From positions 102,013 through 166,012 of the forward strand of contig CAWAOH010000010.1 in NCBI GenBank assembly GCA_963783645.1: DNA of 64,000 nucleotides. The letters run 5' to 3'. Below the pieces are notes generated by a model, which was not told the DNA's origin, did no database searches, and was given only the letters and a program-made list of their open reading frames with translations. This DNA is from Candidatus Bathyarchaeota archaeon (lineage in GTDB: Archaea > Thermoproteota > Bathyarchaeia > 40CM-2-53-6). Of this stretch, positions 20,811 to 30,809 are shown in pieces; the first letter of the stretch is position 1; every line of letters starts with the position of its first letter. Made by a program: the position numbers and the translations under genes.

Positions 20811-21937
20811 ATTGCTGCCTCCATGATCTGATGTGGACTGATCAACTCGCCGTCAACCCTGTTTATTCCCATTACATCGATTCTATTGTCAATTCGTCGT
20901 GCAATGTGTTCAACCTCAATCTTGTACTGACCTAGGTTGAGTTCGGACACGACAACTCTTTCTATCCCCTCCAATGTCTTTGTGATTGACATTTCTGGTA
21001 CTGGCCATAGCGAATGGATAATAAGATTAGAGACCTTGCTTCCTTTTTCGCGAAGAAGACGCGTTGCCTCAAGATTACTGCGAGCAGTAATTCCATAACT
21101 AACCAATAGAGTACGAGCTCCTTTCTCTATGTCTGCCGATATCGATTCGATTTCCTGACTATGGTTCTCGATCTTTGCAGCGAGATGCTCATTGAGTCTC
21201 GCAACCTTCACCGGATCTTGTGTTAGAAACCCCCGCTCATCGTGAGTCGATCCAGTAAATCTGACAATATTCTTTCCGCCGTATGGAGAGAGATACGGCA
21301 CGTCGCTAAGATCGTGAATCGCGTACGGTACATATGGTTCGTTAGAATCCTTCGGTGCTTCATCTTCCGTTCCAGTATCAGTTTCCTCATAACGTTCGCT
21401 TTCGACTGTGCTCATCGTGGCCACGACTTCACGGTCTGTCAGCAAGAAAACAGGGCAACGGAACTTCTTTGCTAATTTGAAGGCGCGAATTGTGAAAGAA
21501 TAGCATTCAGATGGATTGGTCGGGCACAAAGCGATGATCGGATAGCCGCCGGATGTACCCCAACGAGCGAATTGGATGTCGCCTTGACCCACTGTGGTCG
21601 CTCCTCCCGTTGCTGGTCCAAGTCGCATTACATCTACGATGACAAGTGGGACTTCTCCCATAATTGCAAGCCCAATGTTCTCGCTGTATAGGCTCATGCC
21701 AGGGCCGCTTGTTGCAGTCATGCATTTTGCGCCGGTCATGGCTGCTCCGATGCACATTCCAATCGAAGCTATCTCGTCCTCTCCCTGGATAGCAACACCT
21801 CCGATTTTGGGGAGTTCTCGGAACATGTGGTGTAGGATAGGGGTGGCAGGAGTGATAGGGTATCCTGCGAAGAAATTGCATCCAGCTGCAATAGCGCCTC
21901 GCGCTATCGCCTGAGCACCGTCGATGAACTGACGCAT
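20807..21937 (-). CDS. 2-oxoacid:ferredoxin oxidoreductase alpha subunit
   Basis: 376-aa ORF with a KorA/PorA-like N-terminus (GAQAIARGAIAAGCNFFAGYPITPAT). It overlaps the downstream beta gene by 4 nt. Confidence 0.85.
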   Translation of the reverse strand: MRQFIDGAQAIARGAIAAGCNFFAGYPITPATPILHHMFRELPKIGGVAIQGEDEIASIGMCIGAAMTGAKCMTATSGPGMSLYSENIGLAIMGEVPLVIVDVMRLGPATGGATTVGQGDIQFARWGTSGGYPIIALCPTNPSECYSFTIRAFKLAKKFRCPVFLLTDREVVATMSTVESERYEETDTGTEDEAPKDSNEPYVPYAIHDLSDVPYLSPYGGKNIVRFTGSTHDERGFLTQDPVKVARLNEHLAAKIENHSQEIESISADIEKGARTLLVSYGITARSNLEATRLLREKGSKVSNLIIHSLWPVPEMSITKTLEGIERVVVSELNLGQYKIEVEHIARRIDNRIDVMGINRVDGELISPHQIMEAAI

Positions 21938-22056
21938 TCCAGGTTACCCGCATGCGTGACGCTGTCAACGGCATTAACAATGGTGGCTGTTTTTCATCAT
22001 GTGAGAATGAAGCGCGCATGTAGAAGGAGTATTACCTAGGTGAACCTCTATAGGCT

Positions 22057-22695
22057 CTATCCGCGTCGTACAAACAGCACAGATGGGCTCATTCCAATCT
22101 TGGTGCCAATGTCGTCTAGTATCTTCTGGAACCTGACGTTGGAGAGTCTCAGGCCTTTCCTTCCCTTTGGCGGATAAGGGTCGTTGAACACAACTGTTTT
22201 CTCATCAGCATCGGTGACGACGACCCAATGGGGTATGTTCAAGGAGTGGATGATTCCCATGTGAACTAGTGGGATCGGGACGTATCCATCCCTCACCGCA
22301 CCAACAATATCCCAGACTTCGGGTCGCTTGTATTGAACTGACAAGTTTCTTGCTAATGCTCTTAGCTTGTTTTGTCGAATTCCGAATAGACTCAACTCGG
22401 ATTCATGAAGTGTGAAACCCGCTCGGATGAGTCGACGTTTCCAGTGTTTAGAGTCTATGATAGTCTTTCGTTGCGTGATGAGTCGTACTTCCAACCCAGC
22501 GTCAATCAACGGAACTGCTAGACCGAAAGGATCAGCACCTTTTGTTCCTATCATGTTGCAGTGTCGCCATACTTCGAATTCGAGTTGGCGAGTCAGCTCC
22601 ATTGTTACACCAAAGTGCTTCATCACCATCAGTATGCATGCGGGACCGCACGTGAACTCGGAGGTCTGTTGGTAATATGGAACATTGAACTTCAT
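22057..22695 (-). CDS. Papain-like cysteine peptidase, C39-like domain
   Basis: 212-aa ORF. N-terminal YYQQTSEFTCGPACILM holds the candidate catalytic Cys. IPHWVVV holds a candidate His. Confidence 0.55.
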   Translation of the reverse strand: MKFNVPYYQQTSEFTCGPACILMVMKHFGVTMELTRQLEFEVWRHCNMIGTKGADPFGLAVPLIDAGLEVRLITQRKTIIDSKHWKRRLIRAGFTLHESELSLFGIRQNKLRALARNLSVQYKRPEVWDIVGAVRDGYVPIPLVHMGIIHSLNIPHWVVVTDADEKTVVFNDPYPPKGRKGLRLSNVRFQKILDDIGTKIGMSPSVLFVRRG

Positions 22696-22852
22696 TCTTT
22701 TGTCGCCAATTCTGCGTCAGATGTCCATCGAACTGTGGCGTTTCCGATTGAACTTCTTATATTGTTATCCTTCATCAGCTCACAGCTGACGATGCTCGAG
22801 AGTCAAAAGGAAAACACAAAAAGAGAGCAGGGAGCTGATCTATCCGATAATC

Positions 22853-25504
22853 GTGTCAAGCAAGTTCGACTTCGCAAAAGCAGAGATAGAGACACCAAGA
22901 GGCAAAGCCTACTACTATGATCTCTCGCCCAAGAAACTTGGATATGACTTAGACTCACTACCATACTCTATCAGAATCCTACTTGAAAACGCGTTAAGAT
23001 ACTCAGACCGCATTCCCGGGTCAGCTGACGCAGTCAATCTTCTCGCGGAGTGGCCAAAAAGCATCGGTCAGGACCTACCATTCATGCCCAGTAGGGTGCT
23101 TCTGCAAGACTACACTGGCGTCCCCTTGATAGTGGATCTTGCTGCGATGAGGAGTGCTGGGGCACGACGCGGGATAGATCCTGAGTCTGTGAACTCAAAA
23201 GTACCCGTAGACCTCGTTATTGATCACTCTATTCAAGTGGATGCATGGGGAAATCAATCCTCAATTCTCCTTAACTTGGAGAAAGAATTCGAGAGGAATT
23301 CTGAACGTTATTCATTACTGAAATGGGCCCAAAAGTCGTTCGGTCGAATGAGAGTTTTTCCTCCAGGAAAAGGAATCTGTCACCAGTTCAACCTTGAATA
23401 CTTGGCGAGTGTTGTGGCCACCGATCAAATTGATGGACAACTGGTTGCTTTTCCGGACACACTAGTGGGCACCGATTCACACACTACGATGGTGAATGGA
23501 CTCGGTGTCCTTGGGTGGGGTGTCGGTGGAATTGAAGCCGAAGCTGTCATGCTGGGAGAACCATACTCATTCACGATCCCTAGAGTTGTTGGAGTGAAGC
23601 TTACGGGAGAACTTCCCGAAGGAGCAACACCCACTGATTTTGTGCTCACCGTGACGGAAGCCTTGAGAAAGGAGAATGTTGTAGATGCATTCGTTGAGTA
23701 TTTCGGTGACGCATATCGTAAGCTGAGTGTCCCAGATAGAGCCACTATTGGCAACATGTCGCCTGAATATGGAGCCACCGTCGGATTCTCACCAGTCGAT
23801 GATTCAACGATCGAATACCTTCTCGGGACAGGAAGAAATCCCAGCTATGTCAGCTTCGTTAGGAAGTATTGCGAGCTACAAGGTTTGTACGTCCGTAGTG
23901 GATCCCCGCAGCCCAAGTACTCTAAGATAGTCGAGATCGACCTGTCGCAGGTTGAACCTTCAATCGCGGGACCTCGAAATCCAGACGAGCGGATACCGCT
24001 CAAATTGGTCACCAAGTCGGTGCGCATGCTTCTTGAGGAATATGAGAAGAAATCAAACCGCGCTGGTTCACCATCAACTCAACCTAACGAGAACTTGAGT
24101 GATGGATCCGTCGTAATAGCCGCCATAACAAGTTGCACCAACACTTCGAACCCGACAGTAATGTTGGGTGCTGGATTACTCGCGTCGAAAGCCGTCAAAC
24201 TAGGGCTCAAAACAAAACCCTACGTGAAGAGCAGTATGGCTCCAGGATCGAACGTTGTCAAAGATTACCTTGCAAAAACCGAACTTCTACCGTCATTGGA
24301 AAGCCTCGGGTTCAACATAGTAGGATACGGATGCACAACCTGTATCGGCAACAGTGGGCCTCTCCCACCGGAAGTTGAGAAGGAGATACGAGATAAGGAT
24401 CTCTACTCCGTTGCAGTATTAAGCGGGAATCGAAACTTCGACGGACGAATCCATCCCTTAGTAAGAGGGGCATTTCTGATGTCACCACCACTTGTCGTCG
24501 CATACGCATTAGCTGGGAGAATAGACATCGATTTCTACAATGAACCGATTGGATTGGCTAAAGACGGAAGTAAAGTATACCTCAGAGATATTTGGCCGCG
24601 ACTATCCGACATTAAGGAGCTCGAGAAGGAAGCCCTCTCACCAGAAATGTACAAGGAAACATACGCCCATGCCCAAGAAGGCGATAATGAATGGACGACG
24701 TTGAAGGCTCCCTCTGGGCAGGTATACGTATGGGATGAAGAATCCACATACATCCGAGAGCCACCATGGTTCGAAGGCCCAGCGACTGGAAACCGTGAAG
24801 TCAGAAACGCGAGAGCCCTCGCCCTGTTTGGAGACAAAGTAACAACTGATCACATCTCACCAGCAGGGACAATCGCAAAGGATAGTCCCGCCGCAGCCTA
24901 CCTCAAACTACACGGCGTACCTGCCGCAATGTTCAGCTCGTACGGAGCCAGAAGAGGAAATCACGAAGTAATGGTCAGAGGCGCATTCAGCAACATACGA
25001 TTGAAGAACATACTCACGCAGGGAAAGGAAGGGGGATGGACAACCCATTATCCATCAGGCGTACTAATGTCAATGTACGATGCGGCGTTGCGATACCAAA
25101 CTGAAAAAGTTCCACTCATTATCATCGCAGGAAGACAATACGGAGCCGGAAGTTCGAGGGACTGGGCAGCAAAAGCCACGCTAATGCTAGGAGTAAAAGC
25201 CGTGATCGCCGAGAGCTATGAAAGGATTCATAGAAGCAATCTGATCGCAATGGGCGTTCTGCCGTTGGAGTTTACTGACGGCAAGAATGCAGCCGGCCTA
25301 GGATTAGATGGTAGCGAAACATACGACATTTCGGGAATTGGGAAAATAAGCGGAATCAAAGAGAGATTAACTGTACATGCTCGCTCCGCATCCAAAGACG
25401 TGACTTTCGAGGTCGTGGCTCGCTTAGACAACGAAATGGAGATCGAATACTATCGTTCCGGTGGGATCCTCCCTTACGTGTTCCGAAAACTGACCTGTAA
25501 ATGA
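22853..25504 (+). CDS. acnA: Aconitate hydratase (AcnA/IRP type)
   Basis: 883-aa uninterrupted ORF with typical AcnA blocks (VGTDSHTTM, ITSCTNTSN, GCTTCIGNSG, GSSRDWAAK). Confidence 0.95.
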   Translation: MSSKFDFAKAEIETPRGKAYYYDLSPKKLGYDLDSLPYSIRILLENALRYSDRIPGSADAVNLLAEWPKSIGQDLPFMPSRVLLQDYTGVPLIVDLAAMRSAGARRGIDPESVNSKVPVDLVIDHSIQVDAWGNQSSILLNLEKEFERNSERYSLLKWAQKSFGRMRVFPPGKGICHQFNLEYLASVVATDQIDGQLVAFPDTLVGTDSHTTMVNGLGVLGWGVGGIEAEAVMLGEPYSFTIPRVVGVKLTGELPEGATPTDFVLTVTEALRKENVVDAFVEYFGDAYRKLSVPDRATIGNMSPEYGATVGFSPVDDSTIEYLLGTGRNPSYVSFVRKYCELQGLYVRSGSPQPKYSKIVEIDLSQVEPSIAGPRNPDERIPLKLVTKSVRMLLEEYEKKSNRAGSPSTQPNENLSDGSVVIAAITSCTNTSNPTVMLGAGLLASKAVKLGLKTKPYVKSSMAPGSNVVKDYLAKTELLPSLESLGFNIVGYGCTTCIGNSGPLPPEVEKEIRDKDLYSVAVLSGNRNFDGRIHPLVRGAFLMSPPLVVAYALAGRIDIDFYNEPIGLAKDGSKVYLRDIWPRLSDIKELEKEALSPEMYKETYAHAQEGDNEWTTLKAPSGQVYVWDEESTYIREPPWFEGPATGNREVRNARALALFGDKVTTDHISPAGTIAKDSPAAAYLKLHGVPAAMFSSYGARRGNHEVMVRGAFSNIRLKNILTQGKEGGWTTHYPSGVLMSMYDAALRYQTEKVPLIIIAGRQYGAGSSRDWAAKATLMLGVKAVIAESYERIHRSNLIAMGVLPLEFTDGKNAAGLGLDGSETYDISGIGKISGIKERLTVHARSASKDVTFEVVARLDNEMEIEYYRSGGILPYVFRKLTCK

Positions 25505-25515
25505 CACAATGACCG

Positions 25516-26499
25516 CTAGCTTCTGAAGTGTTCCCATCCCTTCTTCTTGACAGGCGCAATGCCTTCGTCGAATTTCATCCGTACTCCTCGGAACCTATCA
25601 GTGACGAAACCGATTCTCGTTAAGTTCCCTTTAGCAGCTCGGTAGGCCCTTGAGAATTTTCCAGGAGGAATCGTCATAACGAGTTCGTATTCCTCACCAC
25701 CGTAAAGAGCGAGATCATTCGCCCGCAGGTTGTGCCGTTTGGCGAACTCACGAGCAGACTTACTGATTGGAATGTAATCGATTAGGATACCGACTCTGCT
25801 TAATTCTGAAAGCTGATGGAGAGACCAGGCTAAACCGTCACTTGAATCGATTGATGATGTGACCGCTCGAGATGCTGCTAGTCGCAACCCTAGATCCAGG
25901 TGAGCACGTGGACGGTACAAGGCGTTATACAGACTGGTTGACAATTTTCTCCGTGGTACTCTGTATTTGAGTACTGATCTGAGTCCCGCCGAAGTCGAAC
26001 CGAACTCGCCAGTGACCGCAACCACGTCGTGGATTTTCGCGCCTGTACGGAGTATCAACTGTTTTCTATCAGCGAGAGCAAACAGAGCAATCGTTATTGT
26101 CAAATCCCCTGATTCATTGGTATCTCCTCCGATCAGTGGAAAACCGTAATTCTTCGCAGCTTCGCTGAGACCACTCGCGATCTCCTGAATATGCGTCTTA
26201 TTCAGGGAGCGCGGCAGCCCCAACGCAACGAGTCCAGCCATGGGTCTTACTCCTTTCGCTGCTAGATCGCTCACATTAGCAACTACCGCCTTCCAGGCGG
26301 CTTGACGCATCGTCATACCTGGAGGCTGATCTGTACTCCCGACAAACATATCCGTCTTCAAAACAGCGATCTTACTGCCAGAGAGTCGAACTGCTGAAAC
26401 ATCGTCTCCGAAACCTACTACTGTCCTATTGTTTACTCCAAACGCGCGTTCCATGATCTGAATAATCCGAACTTCTCCCAAACTCGCAAGAGAGGCCAA
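25516..26499 (-). CDS. thiL: Thiamine-monophosphate kinase (AIR-synthase-related fold)
   Basis: 327-aa ORF with ThiL-like blocks (FGDDVSAV, KTDMFV, NVSDLAAKG, IGGDT). Confidence 0.75.
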   Translation of the reverse strand: MASLASLGEVRIIQIMERAFGVNNRTVVGFGDDVSAVRLSGSKIAVLKTDMFVGSTDQPPGMTMRQAAWKAVVANVSDLAAKGVRPMAGLVALGLPRSLNKTHIQEIASGLSEAAKNYGFPLIGGDTNESGDLTITIALFALADRKQLILRTGAKIHDVVAVTGEFGSTSAGLRSVLKYRVPRRKLSTSLYNALYRPRAHLDLGLRLAASRAVTSSIDSSDGLAWSLHQLSELSRVGILIDYIPISKSAREFAKRHNLRANDLALYGGEEYELVMTIPPGKFSRAYRAAKGNLTRIGFVTDRFRGVRMKFDEGIAPVKKKGWEHFRS

Positions 26500-26618
26500 G
26501 CTAACCGTAATGCAATCTGTAGATCGCGTATTTTGAACAATGTGATAAGCGCTACCGACACTGTCCCATAAGTCAGCTTGAAATATGACTAGCCTGTGGG
26601 TGTGGCCTTCGACTTGCC

Positions 26619-27406
26619 TTGAGATTTATTCGCTACTCACTTAATTCGGTAGTCACTTACGGTATCCTTGAGCCAGATAACACGGTCACGCCACTAGAGG
26701 GAGATATCTTAGGAAGATGGACTCGACGCAACGAGAAAGTTGACTTCACTGGAATTCACCTACTCGCACCAGTCCGACCCCCCACGATAATTGCAATCGG
26801 ACTGAATTATACAGGGCACGCAATGGAAGGCGGCCAGCCGATACCAAAGGCTCCAATCATTTTCTTCAAAGCCATTACGTCCGTAGCAGACCCTGGACAG
26901 CCGATAATGCTTCCCGAATGGCCCCGAACGAAGTAGACTATGAAGCTGAGCTTGTGATCGTTATTGGGAAACAAGCCCGAAACGTGTCAGAAGATAACGC
27001 TCTCGACCATGTGTTGGGTTATACATGCGGAAATGATGTTAGCGCAAGAGATTGCCAGCTGAGACTTGATGTTCAATGGGCTAGGGGAAAATCCTTCGAC
27101 ACGTTTGCACCGCTAGGTCCTTGGATAGAAACTAATCTTGACGGCGGCAAATGCAACATCCAATGCAGATTGAACGGTAAGACAATGCAATCATCCAACA
27201 CCAGGGACCTAATTTTCAATATCCCTCAGTTAGTTAGTTACAGCTCAAAATGCATGACATTGTTGCCTGGCACGGTGATTATGACAGGCACACCATCAGG
27301 AGTGGGGTTCACGCGTAAACCCCCAGTTTTCTTAAAGGACGGAGATTTGGTTGAAGTGGAAATCGGAGACATAGGCGTGCTGAAGAATCAGGTTTCAAAG
27401 GAATAA
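26619..27406 (+). pseudogene. Fumarylacetoacetate hydrolase (FAH) family protein with one frame break near 26915-26925
   Basis: Track ORFs 26619-26936 and 26918-27406 read as one FAH-domain protein (...PIMLPE / APNEVDYEAELVIVIGK...). The break is at the ggcccc run. Confidence 0.8.
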
Positions 27407-27497
27407 TCGTTGGTGGCTCAGACTTCAGCATTTGCATCTGCTAAGCTGACTTAACTTTCTTCTATTTCACAACTTGATAGTTGGCGTGTCGTGCAAT

Positions 27498-27663
27498 TTG
27501 GCCCAGAAGATAGTGACTTTCGGCGAAATCATGATGCGCCTCTCGCCGCCGGCTTTCAAAGACTGAGTCAGACTCGTACTTTCGAAGTAACCTACGGCGG
27601 CGGAGAAGCCAACGTTGCAATTTCATTAGCGAATCTGGGATTGGACGTTGATTTTGTGACAAG
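27498..27663 (+). pseudogene. Relic of a PfkB-family 2-keto-3-deoxygluconate kinase gene (first ~55 codons only, frameshifted)
   Basis: Hand translation gives AQKIVTFGEIMMRLSPP, then a frame change, then FQRLSQTRTFEVTYGGGEANVAISLANLGLDVDFVTR. Similarity then stops. Confidence 0.55.
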
Positions 27664-27752
27664 GTAAGTGTAAGGGGAGATTACGGGTATCCACGATCTC
27701 GTACACACGTTCTTGGATCACGAAACAGGGAAGTCAGAATATCTCAGATGAT

Positions 27753-27872
27753 TCATTGAGGCTTCTGAATATTCGTGGTATCTTTGTTATCGCCCTGGCA
27801 GTTAGGAAGGTGCGCTTGATACTCATCCAATCTTATCAATCGGTGGCAGCGCACACATTCTAAGCTCTTCAT
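27753..27872 (-). CDS. Very small (39 aa) C2HC zinc-finger-like ORF, hypothetical
   Basis: Hand-translated: MKSLECVRCHRLIRLDEYQAHLPNCQGDNKDTTNIQKPQ. Confidence 0.2.
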   Translation of the reverse strand: MKSLECVRCHRLIRLDEYQAHLPNCQGDNKDTTNIQKPQ

Positions 27873-27978
27873 TTCAGACCGTACGTTTCTGTTTCCGTAT
27901 TTTCGTCTACCGCGACCCGTCTATTCCACTCTCATTTCCGGTTTTTGCGTGATGTCACTATTCAACGTTGGGTTTCTA

Positions 27979-29139
27979 TCAGAACCCAGTATGATGGTTT
28001 CTATCGACGAGAGATGGTTGATTGCTCCATTCTCTCATGCGGATGCTTGTCATGTTCTGTATTCGTTTCAAATCAGCCATTTCGCGACGTGACACTAATG
28101 TCACTGCTATTCCGGTTGCTCCAGCTCTGCCGGTTCTTCCAATTCTATGGAAGTACAGTAAGGGGTCGCGGGGGACGTCATAATTCACAACGTGAGTAAC
28201 ACCGTTTATATCCAATCCGCGCGAGGCTACGTCAGTAGCAACTAGGAATCGGATTCGGCCACGCCGAAAATCATTCAAGGCTCTATCACGTTGAGGTTGG
28301 GTTAGATCTCCGTGGATTACTGCCACGTCTCTTCTGGTGCGGCTCAGTCTCTGCACTAACCTATCAGCTCCAATCTTCGTGGAGCAGAATATGAGGGCAC
28401 GAGTAACCGCATTTTGTTCCATGATGGTGCACAGTGCTTGATACTTTCGTTCGGGATCGACCATGTGATAGAGTTGATCTATGTCTTCAACTGCGATCTC
28501 GTCCTTGCTTACGAAGATTTGCTCCGGCGCATGCATATGACGGGACGCTAAAGTGAGCACTTCGTCAGGCATCGTTGCCGAAAACATGGCAGTTTGCCTG
28601 CTTTCTGATGTTCTGCTGAGGATGAAATCCATTTCATCACGGAATCCCATGTCCAGCATTCGGTCGGCTTCGTCTAGGACGACGAATTTGACCCTGTCAA
28701 GCAACATCGTTCCCCTTGTGATATGGTCGATCATTCTTCCAGGCGTGCCAACAACTATGTGAATGGTATTCTGAAGAGCTTCCATTTGCGAATAGATGGG
28801 GACTCCGCCATAGACAGCGAGGACCTTCACAGAAAGGTATTTTCCGAAAGTCTTCAAATCCGAGGCAACTTGCTGTGCAAGTTCTCTTGTCGGAACGAGA
28901 ATAATCGCTTGAACCGAATCTTCACGTGGATCTATTCGTTCAATCATGGGGACGCCAAAAGCTGCCGTCTTTCCCGTACCGGTCTTCGCTTGACCGATCA
29001 CATCTCTTCCTTCAAGAAGAGGGCTAATTGCAGCGGTTTGAATTGGGAACATTTCTTTGAATCCCAGATCACGCAAACCGCGTAGTATCTCTCCCTTTAC
29101 TGGGAGTTGTTCGAAACTTTGACTCATTGTAGTTTTCAC
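27979..29139 (-). CDS. DEAD-box ATP-dependent RNA helicase
   Basis: 386-aa ORF with AKTGTGKT, DEAD, SAT and HRIGRTGRAG motifs. Confidence 0.9.
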   Translation of the reverse strand: MKTTMSQSFEQLPVKGEILRGLRDLGFKEMFPIQTAAISPLLEGRDVIGQAKTGTGKTAAFGVPMIERIDPREDSVQAIILVPTRELAQQVASDLKTFGKYLSVKVLAVYGGVPIYSQMEALQNTIHIVVGTPGRMIDHITRGTMLLDRVKFVVLDEADRMLDMGFRDEMDFILSRTSESRQTAMFSATMPDEVLTLASRHMHAPEQIFVSKDEIAVEDIDQLYHMVDPERKYQALCTIMEQNAVTRALIFCSTKIGADRLVQRLSRTRRDVAVIHGDLTQPQRDRALNDFRRGRIRFLVATDVASRGLDINGVTHVVNYDVPRDPLLYFHRIGRTGRAGATGIAVTLVSRREMADLKRIQNMTSIRMREWSNQPSLVDRNHHTGF

Positions 29140-29347
29140 TCTTTTTTGAAACCGCTTCCGAGAAATCAGAACCGTCCAGCTTCCACGTCTAACGTTCGAA
29201 ACCGTGTTCTAGTTTCGCAGTGCAGACCTTGTAGGTTTCCGCACGCGGTTTTCAAAATACCAATGCGGGGTGCCTTTTAAAGGTTGGTTACATAGATCGA
29301 AGCTACGTCAAGAGACAACCTAGAGTCCTCTATGGCTGATTTTGCAG

Positions 29348-29488
29348 ATGAACTCTGAATCGCCCCTCAGTGGCCCCATTGTTTGGAGTCCAAGTCAGGA
29401 TCAGATTGCTCACACAAACCTGAAGCAGTTCATGAACAATTACCGAATCGCAACATTTGAGGATCTGTTGAAGCGGTTGATGAAATAA
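29348..29488 (+). pseudogene. Relic resembling the N-terminus of acetoacetyl-CoA/acyl-CoA synthetase (46 codons)
   Basis: Hand translation: MNSESPLSGPIVWSPSQDQIAHTNLKQFMNNYRIATFEDLLKRLMK. It matches the usual N-terminal leader of acetoacetate-CoA ligases and then stops. Confidence 0.4.
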
Positions 29489-29573
29489 GGAACATCTCTG
29501 AGGTATCTGGATGACGTTGTCAGGAAGAAAAGATTAGAAAAAAAGTGTTAATGTGGATCCACGAAATCCGAGC

Positions 29574-29909
29574 TTAGTCTTTCTTGATGAGTTTAATCTC
29601 GATCGTGGAGACGTTTCTGGTTTGGCCCTCTTCTCCAAGTACTTCAGTTCCTATATTGACTTCTTTGATTGCGAGTTTTCCCTCGAAGAAGCGTCTTCGG
29701 CAAACTTCGACTACGTCGACAGCTTTTGAGATGACGCGACCTCGGGCTTTCACTGAGAGTTCCTTAGTGCCGCTATTGATTTGCATAACGACGGCAGTGG
29801 CGTAGCTCATCAGTGGTTTTTGGCCAACGAGTACAGTGTTGGGTGGAATGTTGCTTCTCATAGGGGGTCTTTGCACGTTTTCTGGGGCCTTTTGTACGTT
29901 TTCTGTCAA
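29574..29909 (-). CDS. albA: Alba DNA/RNA-binding chromatin protein
   Basis: Alba core sequence VLVGQKPLMSYATAVV...KARGRVISKAVDVVE...IKL. The real start is probably the internal MRSNIPP near 29861. Confidence 0.85.
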   Translation of the reverse strand: MTENVQKAPENVQRPPMRSNIPPNTVLVGQKPLMSYATAVVMQINSGTKELSVKARGRVISKAVDVVEVCRRRFFEGKLAIKEVNIGTEVLGEEGQTRNVSTIEIKLIKKD

Positions 29910-30116
29910 GCATTGTTCACCTCCGGGTGGAAAGTATACACTGGTGGAGTTGGGAGAGGGGCGAGAGCTTGACGAATCGATAAAAGGCTTCCTGCGTGCG
30001 TCGATCTATGATCTATCCATGCATCAAACTTTGGCCTTCCAAAATCGGTCCATGGGCGAGTTCAGTTCTCCTTAAATAATGTCGTGATATTTGCGCCTGC
30101 AGCGTGTATATCATAA

Positions 30117-30443
30117 ATGGAAGACAGCACCGAGGTCACTAAGACTCCAGTCAAGCTGGAAATTGACAGACCACAAGAATTCAAGTTTCACCTCGCTTAT
30201 GATGTCTATTCTAAAGCCTGGGATGTTAATTCATCAGACCCCGTTCGCTTAAAGTTGAACGAGCTGATCACTTCGCTTGCGGGAGATGAGAATGGCTACC
30301 AGAGTTTCTACGCTCAAATTCAAGAATATCGGCATGATGCAGGTGGAGGATTCAGATCAGGAAGAACCAGAATTGAGACTGCAAGCAAGAGGGCTTGGCA
30401 GAGAACTGAGACTAGAGAAGGAAGAAATCGCCGCCATCACTGA
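30117..30443 (+). CDS. Hypothetical protein with Arg-rich C-terminus
   Basis: 108-aa ORF with no family recognised. Confidence 0.3.
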   Translation: MEDSTEVTKTPVKLEIDRPQEFKFHLAYDVYSKAWDVNSSDPVRLKLNELITSLAGDENGYQSFYAQIQEYRHDAGGGFRSGRTRIETASKRAWQRTETREGRNRRHH

Positions 30444-30554
30444 ACCGTGCCCATGATCACTGTAGTAGGATTAATTAGGCTCAATGCAGGCTAAGCGTTT
30501 AAGCTATGTGTACGGGCTGAAGCCGACCGTCTTATCGTAATCATTCGTGTCGAC

Positions 30555-30809
30555 GTGTCGTTTTCACCCGAAGAACTAGCTGAACGAAATGTCGAGGTGA
30601 AACGCATGAGCGAACGTTCCTTCCATAAGCCAGTCGAAGAAGGGAAGGAGTACGAAGTTGAGATCAAAGAGACCAGCCGCCGCGGTGACGGAGTCGCAAG
30701 GATCGAAGGCTTCGTAGTCTTCGTCCCCCAAACTAAGCCTGGCGACAAAGTGAAGGTAAAAATCAACACAGTAGGCCCCAGATTCGCGACCGGCGAAGTA
30801 GTCCAGTAG
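30555..30809 (+). CDS. TRAM-domain RNA-binding protein
   Basis: Carries EGKEYEVEIKETSRRGDGVARIEGFVVFVPQTKPGDKVKVKI, typical of stand-alone archaeal TRAM proteins. The start is probably ATG near 30606. Confidence 0.8.
   Translation: MSFSPEELAERNVEVKRMSERSFHKPVEEGKEYEVEIKETSRRGDGVARIEGFVVFVPQTKPGDKVKVKINTVGPRFATGEVVQ

Noticed and set aside
29478-29535. Possible C/D-box sRNA (TGATGA ... CTGA ... GGATGA).
   Set aside because: No terminal D box (CTGA) and no terminal stem could be found, and the C box lies inside the acyl-CoA synthetase relic. The resemblance is probably chance.
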